From: Gemmatimonadota bacterium
GTDB lineage: Bacteria; Gemmatimonadota; Gemmatimonadetes; Gemmatimonadales; GWC2-71-9
DNA: 64,000 nucleotides
NCBI GenBank assembly: GCA_031394255.1
Contig: JANMXA010000042.1
Span: 89,505 to 153,504, forward strand
Reading direction: 5' to 3'
Below are positions 44,571 through 54,349 of the stretch, piece after piece (the first letter of the stretch is position 1; each line of letters opens with the position of its first letter). Both the position numbers and the translations under genes were made by a program. The notes beneath the pieces are model-generated. The model saw nothing but the letters and a program-made list of their open reading frames with translations, was not told the DNA's origin and ran no database searches.

Positions 44571-45560
44571 TCACGACCGCCGGCCCTCATACCATCCTCG
44601 AATGGCCCTGGGGGAGTACGGTGCTTCCAACGTGGCCGTCTCGTCAGCCGACAACACCAGCGTCAATGCCCGGGCGGCGGCTTCGAGCTGATCCAACTTG
44701 GTGACGCCGACAATGGGCGACGTGACGCCGGGCCGGCCCAGCAGCCAGGCCAGGGCTGTTTCTGCGGGTGTGACCCCCCGCGCGGCTGCCACGGCAGCGT
44801 TGGCGGCCACTATCGCCTGGTCACCCGGATGATCATACAGCTGAGGGGTGAGCTGATCACTTGATGATCGGGCGGTCGCCGCCGGGGCCGGGGGTCTCGC
44901 CAGGATGCCGCGGGCCAGCGGCGACCACGGCATGAGGCCGAGTCCCTCGTCGAGGCAGAGGGGGATCATTTCCCGCTCCTCTTCCCGATACAGCAGGTTG
45001 TAGTGATTCTGCATTGAGGCGAATCGGGGGAGGCCCTCAGCGGTCCCGATGGCCAGCGCCTTCATCAATTTCCAGGCGTAGGTGGTGCTCGCCCCGATGT
45101 AGCGGACCTTGCCCTGGCGGACCAGGAGATCAAGGGCTTCGAGTGTTTCTTCGATCGGCGTTTCCGGGTCGAACCGATGCAATTGATAGAGGTCGATCGT
45201 CTCGACGCCGAGGCGCCGGAGGCTCGCGTCGCAGGCCTGAACGACATGCTTGCGGGAGAGGCCACCCATGTTGGGAGCTCCGCTACCCATGTCGAAGAAC
45301 ACCTTGGTGGCGATCACGAGTTCTTCAAGGCGGCCGTATTCCTTGAGCAGGCGGCCGGTGACCTCCTCGCTGCGTCCCAGGGAGTACATGTCCGCGGTGT
45401 CGAAGAAGGTGATGCCCAACTCGATGGCGCGGCGGAAGAACGGGCGAGAGGCGGCCTCATCGAGGACCCATGGCCGCCAGGCCGGGTCGCCGTAACTCAT
45501 GCAGCCGAGGCACAAGCGGGAGACGGTCAGGCCGGAACTGCCGAGGCGAGCGTATTGCAT
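44571..45560 (-). CDS. aldo/keto reductase
   Basis: MQYARLGSSGLTVSRLCLGCMSYG, FFDTADMYS, IDLYQLHR and YIGASTTYAW motifs. Confidence 0.92.
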   Translation of the reverse strand: MQYARLGSSGLTVSRLCLGCMSYGDPAWRPWVLDEAASRPFFRRAIELGITFFDTADMYSLGRSEEVTGRLLKEYGRLEELVIATKVFFDMGSGAPNMGGLSRKHVVQACDASLRRLGVETIDLYQLHRFDPETPIEETLEALDLLVRQGKVRYIGASTTYAWKLMKALAIGTAEGLPRFASMQNHYNLLYREEEREMIPLCLDEGLGLMPWSPLARGILARPPAPAATARSSSDQLTPQLYDHPGDQAIVAANAAVAAARGVTPAETALAWLLGRPGVTSPIVGVTKLDQLEAAARALTLVLSADETATLEAPYSPRAIRGWYEGRRS

Positions 45561-45596
45561 CTCGGAGAGATATCGCCGGGTTCGCTCCCGGACAAG

Positions 45597-46475
45597 CTAC
45601 GAGTTTCCGTCCTCCAGACTGGCCCAGAGGTGCATCATCGCGTAGGAGCGCCAGGGTCGCCAGCGATCGATAGTTGCGGGGGTCCTGTGACGGGAAACGC
45701 CAAGCTCCGCCAGTGCGTGGATGACGCCAAGATCCGTCGCCAGCGACACGTCGGGGTCGCCGAACGCCCGGAGCCGAATGTAGGCAGCGGTCCAGGGGCC
45801 GATGCCATGCCAGCTTCGCAAGGCGCGGTCGGCCTCCTCGGGGGGCAGGGCCGCGACCGCCGTCCAATCGAGTTGACCCCGGACCGTGCCGGTCGCCAGC
45901 CCCGCAATGGCCTCGGCCTTGGCTCTGGTGACGCCACACGCCCGGACCTGTTCGACGGGCACGTCGGCCAGAGCCTCCGGCCTCGGGAATGCGCGGAAAT
46001 GAGGGTGGGCGCCGTTCGAGAACCCGGCTCCGAACCGGTTCACCAGACGACCCAGCACTGATCGTGCGGCGGCCACGCTGATCAACTGCCCAACGATGGC
46101 CCGTACCGCGGCCTCAAACGGATCGGCGAGCTGCGGGATCCGGATCCCAGGCCTTCGTTCGACTACACTGGCCAGCACTCGGTCGGTTGCGGCAAGGCGC
46201 TGAAATGGCCTCAGATCCCGGTTCAGATCGAGAAGGTGCCGTCCCCACGATCGCTGCAGGCGAACGGTACTAGGCTGGGCGAGTCCGGCTCGTAACTGGC
46301 GGTCCCTGAAGGTGATCGTGCCAAGAGCCGCCCCGCCGACGGCGGAAACCATTCTGCGATAGTGGCTTGCGTCGCCGTCCTCCATGCCGGAGATCGCCCG
46401 CCGGGCCAGGAACCCGAATGCCCAGCGGGTATCAACGCCACCGAGGGTGGTGCTATCGGCGTCGAGGCGAACCAC
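45597..46475 (-). CDS. alkA: DNA-3-methyladenine glycosylase II (AlkA-like, HhH-GPD)
   Basis: HhH-GPD segment LRSWHGIGPWTAAYIRLRAFGDPD. Lies directly downstream of ada with overlap. Start uncertain. Confidence 0.8.
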   Translation of the reverse strand: MVRLDADSTTLGGVDTRWAFGFLARRAISGMEDGDASHYRRMVSAVGGAALGTITFRDRQLRAGLAQPSTVRLQRSWGRHLLDLNRDLRPFQRLAATDRVLASVVERRPGIRIPQLADPFEAAVRAIVGQLISVAAARSVLGRLVNRFGAGFSNGAHPHFRAFPRPEALADVPVEQVRACGVTRAKAEAIAGLATGTVRGQLDWTAVAALPPEEADRALRSWHGIGPWTAAYIRLRAFGDPDVSLATDLGVIHALAELGVSRHRTPATIDRWRPWRSYAMMHLWASLEDGNS

Positions 46476-47538
46476 GTTCGGCGGCCAGCAGCCGTTCCTT
46501 CATCGGGAGCCCCCAGCGGTATCCGGCAAGCGATCCGTCTCCTCGAATCACTCGATGGCATGGTACCACCACGGCCAGTCGATTGTGTGCGATCGCCCCG
46601 GCGACCGCCCGAACCGCTCGCGGCGCACCGATCGTTTCGGCGATATCGGCATAGGAGCGGGTCGTTCCGCGCGGAACCTCCAGGAGTGCCCGCCAGACCC
46701 GCTCTTGAAAAGCTGTTCCCCGGAGATCGAGCGTTACCGGTCCGCTCGTTCCCGCCTTGCCCTCAATATTCCCGGCCACCCGTCGCACCAGCTTTGCCAA
46801 CCAGGAATCCGCGCCCCGATCGATGCGGGTGCGCTCGGCCCGGGGGAACTCATCGGCCAGAGCGGCTTCGAGGCTGGTGTCTGTGGTTCCCGGCAGCACG
46901 GCGCACACCCCCCGGTCCGTGACGGCCACGAGCAGCCGGTGGGCGATGGGTGAATCGACGATGGTATACCTGATGGCCAGGCCCTGGGCTCCTCGGGCGA
47001 ATTGTCCCGGTGTCATGCCAAGTTCACTCCCCGCTCGTTCATAGACCCGGCTGCTTGATCCGTAGCCAGCATGATAGGTGGCCCGGGACACCCCGATTCC
47101 ACCGCGCAGCGCCGACCGAAGTCGGCTCCGCCGCCGCTGATCCTGAAAGGCTCGAGGCGACATCCCGTACCGAGCCTTGAACCGTCGCTGCAAGTGGCCG
47201 GGCGACAACGCGACCCGGGTCGCGAGCTGGTCGAGCGTCAGTCGCTCCTCGGCGGCTTCCAGCAGGCCGTGGGCGGCGGCCACGGGGTCGCTGATGGGCC
47301 GGTCGGGGTGGCATCGTCGACAGGCGCGATAACCAGCATTGCGGGCGGCAGGTCCGTCCTCGAAGAAGCTGACGTTGGTCCGATTCGGACGTCGGGCCGA
47401 GCAGGATGGCCGGCAATAGACGCCGGTCGTCCGAACGGCGAACACGAAACGGCCGTCGAGCGCCGGATCCCGGGCAACGACGGCGGCCCAGGCGGTGTCA
47501 GTGGTCCAGGTGGGTCTGGGCGGCATGGTCATGATCAT
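46453..47538 (-). CDS. ada: bifunctional Ada: methylphosphotriester-DNA methyltransferase / AraC HTH / O6-methylguanine-DNA methyltransferase
   Basis: N-terminal Cys4 zinc site (FVFAVRTTGVYCRPSCSARRP...CRRC), a central AraC-type HTH and a C-terminal PCHRV active site (VVPCHRVIRGDG). Confidence 0.9.
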   Translation of the reverse strand: MIMTMPPRPTWTTDTAWAAVVARDPALDGRFVFAVRTTGVYCRPSCSARRPNRTNVSFFEDGPAARNAGYRACRRCHPDRPISDPVAAAHGLLEAAEERLTLDQLATRVALSPGHLQRRFKARYGMSPRAFQDQRRRSRLRSALRGGIGVSRATYHAGYGSSSRVYERAGSELGMTPGQFARGAQGLAIRYTIVDSPIAHRLLVAVTDRGVCAVLPGTTDTSLEAALADEFPRAERTRIDRGADSWLAKLVRRVAGNIEGKAGTSGPVTLDLRGTAFQERVWRALLEVPRGTTRSYADIAETIGAPRAVRAVAGAIAHNRLAVVVPCHRVIRGDGSLAGYRWGLPMKERLLAAERGSPRRR

Positions 47539-47699
47539 AGGGGTCGTCCTCCTTGGATGTCCAGCTTAGTGGCAATCGCCAGGAGGGGCTATCCGAAAAT
47601 TGTGATGTATTCGTGGCCGAGGATGCGCCACGCGTTGCGCGACTGGGCGGCGGCGGTTTCCTTTGTCGGCTTCCGATTGCGAATTTCCTGGAGATACCG

Positions 47700-48470
47700 A
47701 TGCGAATGAGCCCGTGGTTGCTGGTCTGCGCGGTGGCTGGGATGACGGCTGCGCCAGTCTCCGCCCAGGCCAAGCCGGACCTCACGTCGTTTACCGCCGA
47801 TCTGGTTTCGTGAGTGCCGCAGGCAAGACCAGCGTGACAACGTTCAACTTCGGGGACAAGTTCCAGAGTCAAACGGTAGACAAGCGACTCATCTTCGCGC
47901 AGATGTTCACGGGCGTTCGCAGTGAGGCGGACGGGGTCAAGAATGCTGAGAACTACCGGGGCCAGTTGCGGCTCGACTACGGTGTTGGCGGCCGAGTGTA
48001 CCTGTTTGGTCTGACTGGCTGGGATCGCAACGTGCCGGCCGGTGTGTCGCGGCGCTTCGAGGAAACGATCGGCCTTGCGGTGAAGGTCGTGACCACGGCT
48101 CGGCATGAACTGGGACTCGAGCTCGGCTTGTCGGGGTTTCAGCAGCGTAACACGCGGACGTCGGCCGGAGCCAACCGCCAGGATAATTCACCGCCGGCCG
48201 GCCAGCCGGCTCCTACAAACACGCCTTCACGACGGCCAGTTTCTTTCTCCAGAATCTCGAATTCATTCCGAACTTCGACAACAGCACCGACTTCCGGGTC
48301 AACCGCGAAAGCGCCTTCGTGGCGCCGATTTCAACCCGGATTGGGCTCAAGCTTGGGTATGTGATCCGCTACGATAATTTTCCGGGACTCAAGCCTGATC
48401 CCAATCCGACGGGTGCCCGGTTCAAAAAAGCTGATCGGTATCTGACGGCGGGGATTTCCATCTCGTATTG
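47700..48470 (+). pseudogene. DUF481 (YdiY-like) outer-membrane beta-barrel gene interrupted by two -1 frameshifts
   Basis: GGAGA plus ATG 47700 gives the signal peptide MRMSPWLLVCAVAGMTAAPVSAQA. The family-like sequence continues in a second frame from ~47804 (GFVSAAGKTSVTTFNFG...LFGLTGWDRNVPAGVSRRFEE). It continues in a third frame after 48186 (SYKHAFTTASFFLQNLEFIPNFDNSTDFRVNRESAFVAPISTRIGLKLGYVIRYDNFP...LTAGISISY*). Confidence 0.7.
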
Positions 48471-48482
48471 ATCGGGGACAGC

Positions 48483-49409
48483 ATGGTGCTCGCTCTGTTC
48501 GCCGGCCTGATGGCCGTCACGCCGGTCCCTCTCACCCTGGTCGGCCGCTGGGATCTGACTGTGGTTGGTTCCCGCGGCCGGTATCCGGCGTGGTTTGAAA
48601 TCGTCCAGGGGGGCGATTCGCTGGCCGGCCGCTTCCAGGGCCAGTTCGGACACGCCACGGCGGTGGTGTCCATTTCGACTCAAGGCGGCCGTTTCAGGTT
48701 CGTCTGGCCGAACGAGGACGATCCGAAGGCGCCCGCCACCGTCATTGAGGGCCGGATCGTGAGCAGGGCAGTCATCACCGGGGTGTTGGTGACGGTTGCC
48801 GGGGCGAGGCATCCATTCCGCGGGGTTCGCGCCCCGGCCCTCAAGCGCCCCGGGATGCCATCCTGGGGCAGCGCGATCGATCTGCTTCAGGATGGTCTGG
48901 CGGGCTGGCGGGTCCGCGACGGCAAGGTATCGGGCTGGAAGATGACGAACGGCGTCCTCACGAACGAGGGGCCTAGTGCCGATCTGATCAGCCGGCGTCT
49001 CTTCGATGATTTTCGCCTCCATCTCGAGGTCAATATCCCGCCGAACGGCAACAGCGGGATCTACCTGCGGGGGCGCTACGAGGTCCAGGTGCTGGATGGC
49101 TATCCCCAGTCGCCGGGATCGCGGCGTATCGGCGGCGTTTACGGCCAGGTCACCCCGACGTCCCACCCGGCCAAGCCCGCGGGTGAATGGCAGACCTTCG
49201 ACATCACCCTGATTGGCCGGCGGGTGACCGTGGTGTTGAATGGTGTCACCATCATCGACGTCGTCGAGATCCCGGGCATCACCGGCGGTGCGCTCGAGAG
49301 CGACGAAGGGGCGGCGGGTCCGGTGATGCTGCAAGGGGATCATACCGCGATTCAGTTTCGTAACATCCGGCTCGAACCGGCTCGCGCCGGTCACGGCGCC
49401 CGTCACTGA
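48483..49409 (+). CDS. DUF1080 (3-keto-disaccharide hydrolase family) domain protein, secreted
   Basis: C-terminal jelly-roll pattern DFRLHLEVNIPPNGNSGIYLRGRYEVQVLD...GPVMLQGDHTAIQFRNIRL. Start is ATG 48483 or TTG 48468. Confidence 0.8.
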   Translation: MVLALFAGLMAVTPVPLTLVGRWDLTVVGSRGRYPAWFEIVQGGDSLAGRFQGQFGHATAVVSISTQGGRFRFVWPNEDDPKAPATVIEGRIVSRAVITGVLVTVAGARHPFRGVRAPALKRPGMPSWGSAIDLLQDGLAGWRVRDGKVSGWKMTNGVLTNEGPSADLISRRLFDDFRLHLEVNIPPNGNSGIYLRGRYEVQVLDGYPQSPGSRRIGGVYGQVTPTSHPAKPAGEWQTFDITLIGRRVTVVLNGVTIIDVVEIPGITGGALESDEGAAGPVMLQGDHTAIQFRNIRLEPARAGHGARH

Positions 49410-49475
49410 GACGGTGGCCGGGGTCGCAAGCGGCTAGCTTCATTGGCGGAACCAACCTGACACGGAGGATGGACG

Positions 49476-50012
49476 ATGCGGACAAAAGGCATGTTGCTCG
49501 CTGCTGGGCTCGCTTTGTTGGCGGTGAGCAGACCACTGGAGGCCCAGGCGCGGTTTGGGGCCAACTTGAGCTGGGGAAGTGACACCGACATCGGGCTGGG
49601 AGCCCGGCTTGGGTTCGGTTTGGGGGAACTCACCCGGCGCAACAAGATCGAAGGCCAGGCCACGTTCGATTACTTCTTTCCCAAGCACTTCAACGTCTGG
49701 GAAGTCACCGGAAACGGGATTTACCACCTGACCAACACCGGAACCGTGGCGCCATACCTTGGCGCGGGGCTCGGCTATGCGCACGCCAGTGCCAGCGATC
49801 AGATCTACCTGGCCAATCGCTTCGTACGGCCCGGGTTGAGTGTCGCCCGACTAGGCTCATACTCCTCGGACAGCAAATTCTTTCTGAACTTGCTGGGCGG
49901 GGTGCGCTTCAAGCCGACCGGAAACATCCAGCCGTTCGCCGAAGCTCGCGCCGAGATCGGCAACGGATCCCAGCTCGTACTGACCGGTGGGGTGTACTTC
50001 GGTCGGAAGTAG
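49476..50012 (+). CDS. small outer-membrane beta-barrel protein
   Basis: GGAGGA RBS, signal peptide MRTKGMLLAAGLALLAVSRPLEAQA, alternating amphipathic strands and a C-terminal aromatic (GGVYFGRK). Confidence 0.7.
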   Translation: MRTKGMLLAAGLALLAVSRPLEAQARFGANLSWGSDTDIGLGARLGFGLGELTRRNKIEGQATFDYFFPKHFNVWEVTGNGIYHLTNTGTVAPYLGAGLGYAHASASDQIYLANRFVRPGLSVARLGSYSSDSKFFLNLLGGVRFKPTGNIQPFAEARAEIGNGSQLVLTGGVYFGRK

Positions 50013-50024
50013 TAGTTGTCGCCC

Positions 50025-51251
50025 TCAGGCGGTGATCTCGAGCGTGGTTCCCGAGATCACTGCCTGATTGGCGCGGATGCCGACGATGGTCGACCGAAGC
50101 CCGTCCATCGCCCCGCAGGGAACCGCCACGCTCGGAAACACCACACTCCTGAGAAAATCTGCCAGTCCGTAGTAAAGCGGCGAGTAGGGCAGACCGACGC
50201 CGGCTTTGAGCTGTCCCTGGGCGGCGAGTTTGGTGGCGTCCGCAATCAGGATGATGCCCTCGTCCTGGTGGAACTGCTGGCGAAGCGCATAGACCTCCCA
50301 CCCCAGCGTGGTCGCGTCGACCTCCTTGAACATCCAGCCGTGGGTCCAGCCGAGCCGGAACGCGGCGTTCGACCCCCTGAGGATTTCGTTCTGGCCGCCG
50401 AAGGAATTGCCCAGCGAGGCCTCGCAGACGACCGAGGTTCCGTCATCGAACCGGAACAGGGCGTTGATCGTGTCAGGCACTTTGCGACCGTCACGATTGG
50501 CGGCGACCATGCCGGTCCCCGACACGCTGACGGGAATCTTGTTCCGGTACCAGTGGAACACCTCGAGCTGGTGGGACGCGACTTCGCCCGCGAGGCCGAG
50601 CGACACCGCCGGGTCGAGGCGCCAGTTTGCCGTCGCATCGGTTTCGGTTCCAGAGGCCGGGAATCGCCACGAGGTCTTCCGGTGGAAATGGGCCGACCCG
50701 CCGAGGAAATCGCGGAAGGCGTCGGTGCGGTAGAATGTTCGTGCCAGTTGGTAGACCGGGTTCGATCGAGCCAGAAACCCCGCCATGAAGACCCGGCCTG
50801 TGGCCGCCTGCGCGGCGGTCGCGATCGCCCGGGCGTCCTCCACTGTGTGGGCCAAGGGTGCCTCGCAGTAGACGTGCTTCCCGGCGGCCAGCGCGTCCTC
50901 GACGATCGGTCGATGAAGATGAGTCGGCGTGGCGATGATGACAGCGTCGAGATCCCGTCGCTTTTCGAGCATGGCCCTGTGGTCGGCAAACCCTTCGGCG
51001 CCGGGAGCTCGGTCGAGCCCGATCCGGAGGCGGCCGGGCTCCGGATCGACGAGGGCCACGACGCGAGCGCCATCGATCTTGGTCAGTTCCGCGATCATGG
51101 CGCGGCCCTGACGACCAACGCCAACGATGCCGACGGTCTTCGGCTCGACCAGGCGGCGGGGCCCGATCCATTCCAGGTCGGGGATCAAGGCGGCGCCGGC
51201 GAGAGACCCCGCGGTTTGTACGAGGAAAGCCCTGCGGCCCGGACTCGTCAT
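50025..51251 (-). CDS. Gfo/Idh/MocA family oxidoreductase with twin-arginine signal
   Basis: Tat motif SPGRRAFLVQTAG and Rossmann VGIVGVGRQGRAM. ATG 51251 forms an ATGA overlap with the apbE stop. The longer track ORF (to 51557) is unsupported. Confidence 0.85.
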   Translation of the reverse strand: MTSPGRRAFLVQTAGSLAGAALIPDLEWIGPRRLVEPKTVGIVGVGRQGRAMIAELTKIDGARVVALVDPEPGRLRIGLDRAPGAEGFADHRAMLEKRRDLDAVIIATPTHLHRPIVEDALAAGKHVYCEAPLAHTVEDARAIATAAQAATGRVFMAGFLARSNPVYQLARTFYRTDAFRDFLGGSAHFHRKTSWRFPASGTETDATANWRLDPAVSLGLAGEVASHQLEVFHWYRNKIPVSVSGTGMVAANRDGRKVPDTINALFRFDDGTSVVCEASLGNSFGGQNEILRGSNAAFRLGWTHGWMFKEVDATTLGWEVYALRQQFHQDEGIILIADATKLAAQGQLKAGVGLPYSPLYYGLADFLRSVVFPSVAVPCGAMDGLRSTIVGIRANQAVISGTTLEITA

Positions 51252-52078
51252 TCCGGCATCATCGGAAGCTGCCACGGTCGTGCTCCTTTCCTGATCCAGC
51301 AGCGCCACGGGCCCTCTAGCAAAGTCGGCCGGGTGCCGGTGACTGCCGCGGCCGTGGCCCAGGCGTCCGCGAGCCCCGCACTCGGGCCGACCACCACCGC
51401 CCGGTGGTCGCTCATCAGAACCCGCCCGGTTCCCCGGTCGACCAGATGAGGGATCCGCCGCCCCTCCCGCATCGTCATGGAGGCAGAGCAGGCCAGGCCC
51501 TGGTCCCTCAGAGGAACGACCGGGTCGTCTGTCTGCGGGCCCAATGCCACCCGCCATCCCGGGCTGCCTGGAGGGGCACCGAGGCCGAACATGCTGCTGG
51601 TGCCCCCCTGAACGAACGCCTGCTCGATTCCGGCTTCGCGGAGCACGGTGACGGCCCAGTCCACCGCAAATCCCTTGGCACAGCCACCCAGGTCGGGGTC
51701 ACACGCGGCGGCGGGGAAGGCGACGGTACGGCGATCCCGATCAGTGATCGGCCATTCGGCCATGCCGGCTGGATTGTGATAGTAAGGGTCGAAAGCCCCG
51801 TCCGATTGCCGGGCCACGCATGCCAGGGCCTCGAACATCGCCAGAGTCTCACGGTCAACGGCCACTGGCCTGGGGGCCGATCGCCTGAGGTGGGCGAGCA
51901 GGCTGGCTTGGTCGAACCGTGTGAACGCCCGATGGGCTTCCTCGACTCGGGCAAGCGCGGCCTCGCCGGCCGCCCGGAGGTACCCCCGATTTTCGCCAAG
52001 GAGGACGATCTCGAATCGGGTCCCCATGGCCGCCGCTGCCACGCGGATTTCAGCCGAAGGCCGGGCCTGGGCCGTCAT
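51248..52078 (-). CDS. apbE: FAD:protein FMN transferase (ApbE family), no signal peptide
   Basis: MGTRFEIVL near the N-terminus, and GGCAKGFAVDWA and GDRAVVVGPSAGLADAWATA-type segments typical of ApbE. The N-terminus is not hydrophobic and has no lipobox. Confidence 0.8.
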   Translation of the reverse strand: MTAQARPSAEIRVAAAAMGTRFEIVLLGENRGYLRAAGEAALARVEEAHRAFTRFDQASLLAHLRRSAPRPVAVDRETLAMFEALACVARQSDGAFDPYYHNPAGMAEWPITDRDRRTVAFPAAACDPDLGGCAKGFAVDWAVTVLREAGIEQAFVQGGTSSMFGLGAPPGSPGWRVALGPQTDDPVVPLRDQGLACSASMTMREGRRIPHLVDRGTGRVLMSDHRAVVVGPSAGLADAWATAAAVTGTRPTLLEGPWRCWIRKGARPWQLPMMPE

Positions 52079-52096
52079 CGTGCCTGGCGGGGCGGG

Positions 52097-53419
52097 CTAA
52101 AGCTTGCGGGTTCGCATGGTCTTGGGATCGAACCCGAACGCGGACCCTTCCCAGATCGAGCGGGTCGCGAGATCGACCGCCACCATGACTTTCGCGGCGA
52201 GTTCAACCGGGCTCGGCGCCGGGGCATGACTGCGAATGGCATTCAGCCACTGGATGCGAAGCTGGTCCTGATCATCACCGTGGTCTTCGCCCTCGAAGTT
52301 CTGTTCGTCGACCTGATCGGCAAAGATTCGCTCCGGGCGGATGGTGACGTTGCGGCTGCCGCCCACGTACAGGTTGCCCTTGTGTCCCCGGATCACGGTC
52401 TCGAATCCGACTTCGTTGGACGTCGAGCCGGCCACGATCATCGTGTGCTCGCCCTCGAACTCGATCGCGATGTTCACCTGGTCGTGGTTTTCCATCACCT
52501 TGTCCACGTAGTGACCGCCGGACGCGACCACCCGGGTCGGCCACCCCACGTCGAGCGCCATCAGGAGCGGGGTAATTCGGTGCACCAGCAGGTCGCCGAT
52601 GATGCCGGTGCTGTATTTCCGGTACCGACGCCACCGCGCATAGATCTCGGGATTCCACGGGATTTGCCCCAAACCACCGCACCACTGTTTCCAGTCGAGA
52701 TTGACGCCCGGCTCCCAGGTCGGATCGATGGCGTAGTACAGCCACTCGCCGTCCTTGGAGTTGCGACAGTACGAGGTCTGACTCCAGACCGGCTTGCCGA
52801 TCGCACCGGCCTTCACCAATTCCTGGGCCTTTCGATAACTCGGCATCACGACGAACTGGGTCCCGACGTTGACGAGCGCCTGGGGGTTGGAGCGGACGAT
52901 CTGGAGCAGCCGCAACGCCTCCGGAAGTCGCAGCGTCATCGGCTTTTCCAGGTAGACCGCCTTGCCGGCCGCGACCGCGGCCTCCGCCATCGGGGCGTGC
53001 CAGTGTTCCGGTGAGGCAATGACGACCCCGTGCAGATCCTTCCGGCCGAGGAGCCCGTGGAAGTCGGCGTAGTGCGTCTCGACGGTGCCGGCACCCTGGA
53101 TCGCCTCGAGCTTCTGGCGGGCGGCATCGAGTCGCGGACGGCAGACATCCGAGAGCGCCACGACCCGGACGGCCGCGCGCCCGTCCTTTCCGATCGTGGC
53201 GAAGGACTCCACGTGTCCGGTTCCCATCCCGCCGGTCCCGATCACCCCGATATTGAGCGGTTCGTCGCCTGAGATGGCCAGCCGCGGCGCCGCCCGGGCC
53301 ACCGGCGCCGCGAGCGCGGCGGCGATTGCCTCGTTGGTCCGAGCCAGCGACAGAACGCCCGATCCCACCGTGGCCTGGGCGGTACGAGCCAGAAAATCGC
53401 GTCTGGTGGTATCGGTCAT
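52097..53419 (-). CDS. Gfo/Idh/MocA family oxidoreductase with twin-arginine signal
   Basis: Tat motif [15 protein letters not shown] and Rossmann [13 protein letters not shown]. Confidence 0.88.
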   Translation of the reverse strand: MTDTTRRDFLARTAQATVGSGVLSLARTNEAIAAALAAPVARAAPRLAISGDEPLNIGVIGTGGMGTGHVESFATIGKDGRAAVRVVALSDVCRPRLDAARQKLEAIQGAGTVETHYADFHGLLGRKDLHGVVIASPEHWHAPMAEAAVAAGKAVYLEKPMTLRLPEALRLLQIVRSNPQALVNVGTQFVVMPSYRKAQELVKAGAIGKPVWSQTSYCRNSKDGEWLYYAIDPTWEPGVNLDWKQWCGGLGQIPWNPEIYARWRRYRKYSTGIIGDLLVHRITPLLMALDVGWPTRVVASGGHYVDKVMENHDQVNIAIEFEGEHTMIVAGSTSNEVGFETVIRGHKGNLYVGGSRNVTIRPERIFADQVDEQNFEGEDHGDDQDQLRIQWLNAIRSHAPAPSPVELAAKVMVAVDLATRSIWEGSAFGFDPKTMRTRKL

Positions 53420-54291
53420 GAGGCCATCTCGATTTGCAGGCGCTGGAGGAGGCGAAGGCTCCCCATGATGCCCTCGCGCTCGCTCAGGCGGTCACCCTCG
53501 AATTCGATGCCGACCCATGAATGGAATCCGGCGTCGAGCACGATCTTCATCAGGCGGCGGTAGTCCTTGGTCGTCTCGTTGCCGAAGCCGTCGAAATCAT
53601 GGGTTTTGGCGCTGACGGCCTTGGCAAAGGGCATCATGTCCTGGACACCCTGATAGCGATCGTATTCGTAGAAGTTTCCAAAGTCCGGCAAGGTCCCGCA
53701 GCGGGGGTGGTTCACGAGGCGCATGACGCCGGCCAGCCAGTCCCCGTGAGAGGAAAGCCCGCCGTGGTTCTCGACGATCACGTTGAGGTTCATTGGCGCG
53801 GCGAATTCAGTCAGTCGCCGAAGCCCGTCGGCAGCGAGTTTCTGCTGCTCTTCGGGGGTGCCGCAGCTGGCGGCGTTGACCCGAATGGTGATACATCCGA
53901 GGGTCTTCGCCGCGTCGAGCCATTTGCGATGGTTCTCGACGGCCGCGGTACGCTTCGTCTCGTCGGGGTCGCCAAGATTGCCCTCGCCGTCGCACATGAT
54001 GAGATGCTGGAACACGCCTTCGCCGTTGGCCCGCCGGTTCATCTCCGCCAGATAGGCGGCATCGCGGGCCCGATCCTTGAAAAAGACGTTCACGTACTCG
54101 ATCGCCTCGATCCCGTAATCGCGGCGAGCGATCATCGCAAAGTCGAGGTGGTCGATCTCCTTGGCAAACAGCGCCTTGTGGAGTGACCACTGGGCGAGCG
54201 AGATCTTGAAGGGAGCCGCAGGCATCATGCGGGCCATCGAGGGTAGGGCCAGGGCCGCGGCGGTGCCGGCCAGAAAATCACGACGTTGCAT
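53416..54291 (-). CDS. xylose-isomerase-like TIM-barrel (sugar phosphate isomerase/epimerase family) protein with twin-arginine signal
   Basis: ATG 54291 gives [18 protein letters not shown], then [14 protein letters not shown]...IEYVNVFF...VIVENHGG. The track ORF extension to 54603 is unsupported. ATGA overlap with the downstream oxidoreductase. Confidence 0.85.
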   Translation of the reverse strand: MQRRDFLAGTAAALALPSMARMMPAAPFKISLAQWSLHKALFAKEIDHLDFAMIARRDYGIEAIEYVNVFFKDRARDAAYLAEMNRRANGEGVFQHLIMCDGEGNLGDPDETKRTAAVENHRKWLDAAKTLGCITIRVNAASCGTPEEQQKLAADGLRRLTEFAAPMNLNVIVENHGGLSSHGDWLAGVMRLVNHPRCGTLPDFGNFYEYDRYQGVQDMMPFAKAVSAKTHDFDGFGNETTKDYRRLMKIVLDAGFHSWVGIEFEGDRLSEREGIMGSLRLLQRLQIEMAS

Positions 54292-54349
54292 CAGGGGCGA
54301 TCCGGGTCGGAATCGCCCCAATACTACCGCGGGATCCAGCCGGACGCGA

